64,000 bases of DNA, taken from assembly GCA_001777915.1 (NCBI GenBank), contig MFFN01000004.1:425744-489743 (forward strand), read 5' to 3'. Each line of letters starts with the position of its first letter. The stretch's first letter is position 1. Source of the DNA: Candidatus Edwardsbacteria bacterium RifOxyA12_full_54_48 (GTDB lineage Bacteria; Edwardsbacteria; AC1; EtOH8). Under the pieces are notes generated by a model. It saw only the letters and a list, made by a program, of their open reading frames with translations. It was not told the origin of the DNA and searched no databases. The position numbers and the translations under genes were made by a program. This document shows positions 57,845 through 64,000 of the stretch, one piece after another.

Positions 57845-58852
57845 ATGTCTGACATTAAAACAGCGGTAGTGGGCTGCGGCCAGTGGGGCATCAACCAGGT
57901 CCGGACCTATGCCAATCTGCCCGGGGCTTATTTGGCCTGGCTGGTGGACGCCAGCCCCAAAAATCTTCAGCGGGCAAAAAGCTTCTCCCCGACCGCCAAA
58001 ACGTCCGGGGACCTTAAAGCGGCCCTGGAAGACAAGGATCTCGATGCGGTGGTGATCGCCACCAATTCCGAATCGCACCACGCCCTGGCCAAAATGTCTT
58101 TGGAGGCCGGCAAGCACGTGATGGTGGAGAAGCCCCTGGCCCTGAATGTCAAGGACGCCGAGGAGCTGGTGAAGATCGCCAAGGACAAAGATCTGATATT
58201 GATGACCGGCCACCTGCTGCTGTACCATCCGGCGGTCAGGTATTTGAAGGAGCTGGTGAAATCCGGCGAGCTGGGGCAGATACTGTACCTGTACTCCACC
58301 CGGGTCAACTTGGGCGCCATCCGCAAGAACGAGAACGCCCTGTGGAGCCTGGCCCCCCACGACATCTCGGTGATGCTCTATTTGATGGACCAGAACCCGG
58401 ACCAGGCCCTGGCCAACGGAAAATGCTTCCTGCAGAAGGGCATCGAGGACGTGGTGTTCTTCTCGCTGGATTTCCCCGGCGGGCAGGTGGCCCAGGCCCA
58501 GGTGAGCTGGCTGGACCCCCACAAGATCCGCAAGTTCACGGTGGTGGGCAGCAAGAAGATGGTGACCTTCGACGACATGGAGGCCACCGAGAAGATCCGG
58601 ATCTACGACAAGGGGGTCAACCAGGAGAAGCGCTACGGCAGCTATGACGAGGTGCTGACCCTAAGGGACGGGGATATCCACATCCCGTATTTCAAGATGC
58701 AGGAACCGCTGAAGATAGAGGCCAATCATTTCATCGAATGCGTCAGGGAACACAAGCAGCCCATAAGCGACGGGCAGAACGGGCTGGAGGTGGTGAAGAT
58801 CCTGGCGGCGGTGAGCCTTTCGCTGAAAGAGGAACGAGCGGTCAAAATATAG
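57845..58852 (+). CDS. Gfo/Idh/MocA family oxidoreductase (probably nucleotide-sugar)
   Basis: VGCGQWG, MVEKPLA, LWSLAPHDIS, SWLDPHK. Confidence 0.9.
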   Translation: MSDIKTAVVGCGQWGINQVRTYANLPGAYLAWLVDASPKNLQRAKSFSPTAKTSGDLKAALEDKDLDAVVIATNSESHHALAKMSLEAGKHVMVEKPLALNVKDAEELVKIAKDKDLILMTGHLLLYHPAVRYLKELVKSGELGQILYLYSTRVNLGAIRKNENALWSLAPHDISVMLYLMDQNPDQALANGKCFLQKGIEDVVFFSLDFPGGQVAQAQVSWLDPHKIRKFTVVGSKKMVTFDDMEATEKIRIYDKGVNQEKRYGSYDEVLTLRDGDIHIPYFKMQEPLKIEANHFIECVREHKQPISDGQNGLEVVKILAAVSLSLKEERAVKI

Positions 58853-58898
58853 ATAAAAGAACGCCCGGGGTCAAGATAATTAATAGAACAAATTTTTA

Positions 58899-58922
58899 GC
58901 CGGTCTTGCGACCGGTTTTTTA
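58899..58922 (+). terminator. Intrinsic terminator
   Basis: GCCGGTC-TTGC-GACCGGT followed by a T run. Confidence 0.7.
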
Positions 58923-58934
58923 ATTGCCCGGGAT

Positions 58935-59208
58935 GACTCACCCCCCAGCCCCTTCTCTCTGAAGATAGAAGAAGAAAGGGGATTGCTTCGTTTGTAAATC
59001 TTCGTAGTTTTCTCGCAATGACGCGGGAACCGGCTGAAACGGGGTTGGGTCTGAGGCCCGCCCCTTCGATATTTCTAATTAGGGACAGTACGCCGTCAGG
59101 TCTTTGCAATATAAACCAGATTACTTCGTCTGAAAATTAAGGTTGCTTTCTCGTAATGACACTATGCCAAAGGTTAAAAAATCTTTGTGCCTTGGTGCTT
59201 TGGTGGTT
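58935..59208. repeat. Mosaic of short palindromic intergenic repeats
   Basis: C-rich hairpin 58935-58982; two 42-nt GATTRCTTCGT...TTTCTCGYAATGAC copies (58981-59022, 59119-59160); CTTTGTGC/CTTGGTGC/TTTGGTGG short tandem at 59183-59206. Confidence 0.6.
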
Positions 59209-59356
59209 GAAACCCCCGTCTGTTATTGCCTAAAATTTAAGCACAATTAATGCTTGCTTTAAACCGGAGGTTGTTATAAAATAAGATGTTAAAACATCTT
59301 TGCCAAATCACTTAGACAATATAATAAACTATAATGCCTTTTCAGGGAGGGATGCC

Positions 59357-61027
59357 ATGCCTGCGCCCAAGAAGAAAAAAACCGTCCACGGGGCCGTCTC
59401 GCGCCGAATGGCCCTGATGCCCACCGCCAAGAGCGAGCTCTCCAGCCTCAAGATGAAGCTGAAGGTGCTCCAAAGGGTCAACGAGATCGCCGCCAGCACC
59501 TTCGATGTCCAGCCGCTGTTGGACCGGGCCATGGACCTGGTGACAGAGATCGCGCCCTCCGAGGCCGGGTCCTTATTACTGCTGTCCTCCGACCGCACAA
59601 CTTTGAAATTCTCCATCGTCAAGGGGTCGGCCTCCGCCAAGCTGGAGGGCCTGGAGATCCCCGTCGGGCAGGGTATCGCCGGCTGGGTGGCCAAGACCGG
59701 CATCCCGCTGACCGTCAACGATGTGGCCTCCGAGCCCAAGTGGAAGAAGGAGATCGCCGATAATGTGGATTTCCCCACCCGCAGCATCCTGTGCGTGCCG
59801 TTGAAATCCCGGGCCGAGGTGATCGGGGTGGTGGAGCTGATCAACAAGCTGAGGGACGAGGACTATAACGACGACGACCTGGAGATCATCGAGCTGCTGG
59901 GAGCCCATCTTTCCACCCTGATAGAGAACAGCCGGCTGTATTCCGAGGCCCGGGAGAAGGTGGAGCGCATCTCCGCCATGGCCGAAACGTCAGCCCTGAT
60001 CTCCTCCTCGCTGGATGTCAAAAGGGTGCTGGAGACGGTGATGAATGTGGCCAAGGACGTCATCGACGCCGAGGCCTCGTCCATATTTTTATACGACGAG
60101 GAGAAGCACGAGTTCTTCTTCGAGATCGCCACCGGCGATGCCGGCGATGCGGTCAAGCAGATCCGGGTGCCCTGGGGCAAGGGGATGGTGGGCTGGGCGG
60201 CCGAGCACATGCAGACCCTGTTGGTGCCGGACGTCACCAAGGACCCCCGCTTCTATTCCAAGGTGGACGAGAAGTCAAAATTCCAGACCCGCAACGCCAT
60301 CACCGTGCCCCTGAAGCCCAAGAACAAGCTGATCGGGGTGGCCCAGGTGCTCAACAAGAAGGGCGGGCTGTTCTCCCGGGAGGACGTGGAACTGTTCGAG
60401 ACCCTGGCCCGCCAGGCGGCGGTGGCCATCGAGAACGCCAGCCTGTACACCGACCTCCAGGAGCTGTTTTTGAATTCCATCCGCACCGTGGTCAGCCTGA
60501 TAGACGCCAAGGACGACTATACCGCCGGCCATTCCTCCCGGGTCACCCAGTACGCCCTGATGATCGCCGACCAATTGGGATATGACACCGAGAACCGCAA
60601 AAGGCTGGAACTGGCGGCCCTGCTGCACGACGTGGGCAAGATCGGGATGCCGGATGCCATCCTTAAAAAACCCTCCGGCCTGACCGCCGAGGAATTCGCC
60701 ATCGTCAAGGACCATCCCAACAAGGGGGCCGAGGCCCTGGAGCCCATCAAGCAGATGAAAGCCATCATCCCCGGGGTGCGCTACCACCACGAGAAGCTGG
60801 ACGGCAAGGGGTATCCGGCCGGCCTGTCCGGCGACCAGGTGCCGATGGACGCCCAGATCATCTGCGTGGGCGACTCCTACGATGCCATGAACTCCGATCG
60901 CCCCTACCGGAAAGGGCTGGGGATGGAGGAATCGGTCCGAAGATTGCGCCAGGACAGCGGAACCCAGTTCAATCCCAAACTGGTGGAAGCATTCGTATCG
61001 GCTTTAGAGAATGAGGAGAAGAAATGA
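59357..61027 (+). CDS. GAF-GAF-HD-GYP cyclic dinucleotide phosphodiesterase
   Basis: Two GAF domains (GIAGWVA...RSILCVPL...NK); HSSRV, HDVGKIG, HHEKLDGKGYP, DSYDAM...RPYR; RBS GGGAGG. Confidence 0.93.
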   Translation: MPAPKKKKTVHGAVSRRMALMPTAKSELSSLKMKLKVLQRVNEIAASTFDVQPLLDRAMDLVTEIAPSEAGSLLLLSSDRTTLKFSIVKGSASAKLEGLEIPVGQGIAGWVAKTGIPLTVNDVASEPKWKKEIADNVDFPTRSILCVPLKSRAEVIGVVELINKLRDEDYNDDDLEIIELLGAHLSTLIENSRLYSEAREKVERISAMAETSALISSSLDVKRVLETVMNVAKDVIDAEASSIFLYDEEKHEFFFEIATGDAGDAVKQIRVPWGKGMVGWAAEHMQTLLVPDVTKDPRFYSKVDEKSKFQTRNAITVPLKPKNKLIGVAQVLNKKGGLFSREDVELFETLARQAAVAIENASLYTDLQELFLNSIRTVVSLIDAKDDYTAGHSSRVTQYALMIADQLGYDTENRKRLELAALLHDVGKIGMPDAILKKPSGLTAEEFAIVKDHPNKGAEALEPIKQMKAIIPGVRYHHEKLDGKGYPAGLSGDQVPMDAQIICVGDSYDAMNSDRPYRKGLGMEESVRRLRQDSGTQFNPKLVEAFVSALENEEKK

Positions 61028-63297
61028 GCAATGTCATAAGGAGCAAAAAGACCACCGGGGCCCTGGTGGGCATCGCCGTGGTGGCCGCGGTGCTGGCTAT
61101 ATCATATCTATTTCCCAGCCTGTTCCAGGGCATGGAGAACAAGACCTACGACCTTCGTTATCGACTGCGGGTAGGGCAGATGGGAGAGCAGGACATAGAT
61201 GATGTCATTATAGTGGACATCGACGACCAGTCCCTGGCCAAGCTGGGGCGTTTCTACAACTGGCCACGACTGTACCACGCCAAGGTGGCCGACTACCTGG
61301 CCCAAGGCGGGGCTTCGGCAGTGGCTTTCGACATCTTCTTTGTGGAGAGTGACAGCCTGATGCCGGATGTTGTCCAGCTGTTTGAGGATGCCAAGACAGA
61401 GAATATATCATCACAACTGAAGGACCTGAAGATACCGCTAACCCCCGCCCAGCTCACCTCGACCATAGATGCGGTGCTTTACTCTTGGGGATACGACCTT
61501 GATTTTGCCGCCGCCACCAGGTCCAGCGGCAACGTCTACTTTCCCTTCTACCTTACCACTGGCGAACCGGACGACAGCTCCGACCTTGGCACGCGTAAAT
61601 ATTCCTACCTTCTTCCGGCAGATGCCACCGAAAAATTCAAATATCTTAACATTGCCGGGGACCTGTACCAGGTGGCCAGCATCTTCCCGCCGGTGCCGGT
61701 CCTGCTGGAATCGGCCCGGGGAACAGGGTATTACAACATTGAATTGGATGAAGACGGGACGGCCCGAAGGATCCCGTTATTTATGGCCCTCAACGACCAC
61801 AGTTATCCATCCATGGACTTCCAAATAGTGCTGGATAAAATGGGGGTGGGCAAGGACCAAGTTGCCGTCGAACTGGGAAAGTTTATAAAATGCGGAGACA
61901 AACTAAAGATCCCCATTGACAATGAAGGCCGGATGCTGATCAGCTATTTCGGGCAATTCAAGAAATTCCGGTATATTTCTTATTCCGACGTGTTGATGGA
62001 ACTGGTGCCGGCCGAGTATTTCAAAGACAAGATAGTGATCGTCGGGGCCACCGCCGCCGGCCTGATGGACCTGCGGGTGGTGCCGTTCTCCAACCAGTTT
62101 CCCGGGCCGGAGATCCATGCCAATATCATGGAGACATTGCTTACCGGAAAGTTCGTGACAGTGGTCTCCTGGCATATACAACTGGCCCTGCTGATAGCGA
62201 TCGGCCTGCTGACGGTATTCGTTTCCCTAAGGTTCAAGCCGGTCAATTCCGGTCTGATCCTGACCGGGCTGGTGGTGGCTTATTTTGTGGCCGCAACGGC
62301 GCTGTTCGACAAATCATTGATCTGGGTGGAGATGGTGCGCCCGCTGGCGGTGGTGCTGTTCACCAACATGGCCATCCTGGGGTATCGCTATCTGACCGAG
62401 GAGAAACAGAAGGTCTGGATCAAGAACATGTTCCAGGGCTACATGTCCAAGGATCTGGTGGACAAGATAATGGCCAACCCCGAGATGCTGCTGATGGGCG
62501 GCGACAAGAAGGAGGTCACGGTCTTCTTCTCCGACATCAAGGGCTTTTCTAGCTTCTCTGAGAAACTGGGGACCCCGGAACGCCTGATCGCCCTGATCAA
62601 CGAGTACCTGGGGGCCATGTCCGATGTGGTGCTGGAATACGGCGGCTACATCAGCAAGTACGAGGGCGACGCCATCATGGCCTTCTGGGGCGCCCCCACC
62701 GACGACCCCAAGCACGCCGAGACATGCATCAAATGCGTCTGGGCCATGAACCAGCGTCTGCAGATACTCAATGCCGACCTGGCCAAGAGGAACATGCCCA
62801 ATCTTTTCACCCGGTTCGGGATGAACACCGGCATGGTGACGGTGGGCAACGTGGGTTCGGAAAAGAAGAAGAGCTACACCGCCATGGGAGACTCCATCAA
62901 CCTGGGCTCGCGGCTGGAGGGGGCCAACAAGGAATATGGCACGGCCATCATGATGTCGGAGTTCACCTACGCCAAGGTCAAGGGCCTGTACCCGGTGCGG
63001 GAGCTGGACATGCTGCGGGTGGTGGGCAAGGAACAGCCGGTGCGGGTGTACGAACTGCTGGGTCTGTCCCAGGCCGACGTCAGCGAAAAGAAAAAGAAGG
63101 CGGTGGAGATCTACCTGAAGGGCCTGGAGCTTTATCGGGGCAAGCAGTGGGACCAGGCTGAGGCCGTGTTCCGGCAGGCCCTGGAAGTGGATCCCGAAGA
63201 CGGACCCAGCCAGGCCTACATCGGCCGCTGCGAGGATTTCAAGGTGCTGCCGCCGCCGGAGAACTGGGACGGCGTGTTCGTGATGAAGACCAAGTAG
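61024..63297 (+). CDS. CHASE2-domain class III adenylate cyclase with C-terminal TPR
   Basis: IVDIDDQSL...WPR, PGPEIHAN, 3 TMs, FSDIKGFS, KYEGDAIMA, YTAMGDSINLGSRLEG. Confidence 0.93.
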   Translation: MSNVIRSKKTTGALVGIAVVAAVLAISYLFPSLFQGMENKTYDLRYRLRVGQMGEQDIDDVIIVDIDDQSLAKLGRFYNWPRLYHAKVADYLAQGGASAVAFDIFFVESDSLMPDVVQLFEDAKTENISSQLKDLKIPLTPAQLTSTIDAVLYSWGYDLDFAAATRSSGNVYFPFYLTTGEPDDSSDLGTRKYSYLLPADATEKFKYLNIAGDLYQVASIFPPVPVLLESARGTGYYNIELDEDGTARRIPLFMALNDHSYPSMDFQIVLDKMGVGKDQVAVELGKFIKCGDKLKIPIDNEGRMLISYFGQFKKFRYISYSDVLMELVPAEYFKDKIVIVGATAAGLMDLRVVPFSNQFPGPEIHANIMETLLTGKFVTVVSWHIQLALLIAIGLLTVFVSLRFKPVNSGLILTGLVVAYFVAATALFDKSLIWVEMVRPLAVVLFTNMAILGYRYLTEEKQKVWIKNMFQGYMSKDLVDKIMANPEMLLMGGDKKEVTVFFSDIKGFSSFSEKLGTPERLIALINEYLGAMSDVVLEYGGYISKYEGDAIMAFWGAPTDDPKHAETCIKCVWAMNQRLQILNADLAKRNMPNLFTRFGMNTGMVTVGNVGSEKKKSYTAMGDSINLGSRLEGANKEYGTAIMMSEFTYAKVKGLYPVRELDMLRVVGKEQPVRVYELLGLSQADVSEKKKKAVEIYLKGLELYRGKQWDQAEAVFRQALEVDPEDGPSQAYIGRCEDFKVLPPPENWDGVFVMKTK

Positions 63298-63310
63298 AGA
63301 ATCTGATCGA

Positions 63311-63761
63311 TCCCCTCCTTGATCAAGGAGGGGATAAAGGGGTGGTCTAAAAAGCTATGGGGTATTGCGTATGGCGCAATTGCACAATAAACCAGAATAT
63401 CAACAAAGAAGAAAATTTCTGCGTAATAACTCAACCCGGGCCGAGATAATACTCTGGCGATTTTTAAAGAAAAAACAATTGAACGGTTTGAAGTTCCGGC
63501 GCCAGCACAGCATCGGCGGGTTTATTGTTGACTTTTATTGCCCCGAAAAAAGGCTGGCCATAGAGCTGGACGGCGACGTTCACGAAGAGAAAAAACAAGC
63601 GACCTATGATAAAGCCCGGCAGAAGACCATAGAGGCCCTGGGAATAAAAGTGTTAAGATTTACCAATGAAGACGTTATACAAAACGTAGAGGATGTGCTT
63701 AAGGCCATATCGGCTGAAGCCTGTTGACCACCCCCTACCCCCTCCTTGAATAAGGAGGGGA
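63311..63761 (+). mobile_element. Candidate nuclease-bearing mini-element: DUF559 gene between inverted hairpin repeats
   Basis: Left TCCCCTCCTTGATCAAGGAGGGGATAAAGGGGTGGTC (63311-63347); right GACCACCCCCTACCCCCTCCTTGAATAAGGAGGGGA (63726-63761). Confidence 0.6.
63371..63727 (+). CDS. DUF559 / Vsr-like endonuclease
   Basis: LRNNSTRAEIILW...KFRRQH...IVDFYC...LAIELDGDVH...YDKAR...GIKVLRFTN. Confidence 0.92.
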   Translation: MAQLHNKPEYQQRRKFLRNNSTRAEIILWRFLKKKQLNGLKFRRQHSIGGFIVDFYCPEKRLAIELDGDVHEEKKQATYDKARQKTIEALGIKVLRFTNEDVIQNVEDVLKAISAEAC

Positions 63762-63792
63762 TGATAAAAGGCAGTTATATTGTGAGAGCGAT

Positions 63793-64000
63793 ATGAAAAA
63801 AGTAATTTTTGGTACCTGTTTGCTTTTGCTTCATGGTGTTTTGCTAAATGCCCAACAAACCGATACCACTTTGGTAAAAACGGACACATTGCCAAAGTAT
63901 GGAGTTTTAAAAGTGATGGTTTTGGATTCTGATACCAAAGAGCCGTTGCCTGATATAAAAATATATATCAAAGGGAAACGAGATACTGTAATAACAGATT
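63793..64000 (+). CDS. 3'-truncated exported protein with carboxypeptidase-regulatory-like domain
   Basis: MKKVIFGTCLLLLHGVLLNAQQ...GVLKVMVLDSDTKEPLPDIKIYIKG...TD, open to the window end. Confidence 0.6.
   Translation, partial: MKKVIFGTCLLLLHGVLLNAQQTDTTLVKTDTLPKYGVLKVMVLDSDTKEPLPDIKIYIKGKRDTVITD

Noticed and set aside
58850..59300. Possible CRISPR array or riboswitch in the long intergenic region
   Set aside because: Only two degenerate repeats, no regular repeat-spacer period, no cas genes and no riboswitch consensus I could recognise.

Overview
Bacterial chromosomal window, moderately GC-rich, from a diderm with FCB-superphylum-like secreted proteins (T9SS/FlgD-type C-terminal domains, PorT-like barrels; the lineage is an inference). 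It covers the replication-origin region: two perfect parS sites (~19.0 kb), mnmG, rsmG, parA, parB, a DnaA-box cluster, dnaA and dnaN, all interleaved with accessory genes. Other content: tyrS-rluB; a minus-strand proteolysis-rich run (MarR-GNAT, S41, double aspartyl protease, DUF5916, TldD/TldE, ankyrin-MBL); ilvE; two EamA transporters; three M42 aminopeptidases; an S8 protease; an acyl-ligase/ACP/acyltransferase fusion; a P-type ATPase; a Wzc-type tyrosine kinase; and a coupled GAF-GAF-HD-GYP / CHASE2 adenylate cyclase pair. No rRNA, tRNA, CRISPR array or transposase was seen. Signals the ORF track misses: (1) a ChlI/ChlD-like chelatase gene joined by a -1 shift at an A9 run; (2) a DUF4846-like gene broken at a G9 tract; (3) a DUF559 nuclease gene bracketed by inverted hairpin repeats, with solo copies and other palindromic repeats nearby; (4) an operon of secreted repeat protein, outer-membrane barrel and stand-alone MshEN-like protein ending on the parS pair; (5) a hidden 53-aa Cys/His-rich ORF coupled to a GNAT; (6) a promoter-terminator micro-unit just before the DnaA boxes. 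All calls are by eye from motifs; no database searches were run.
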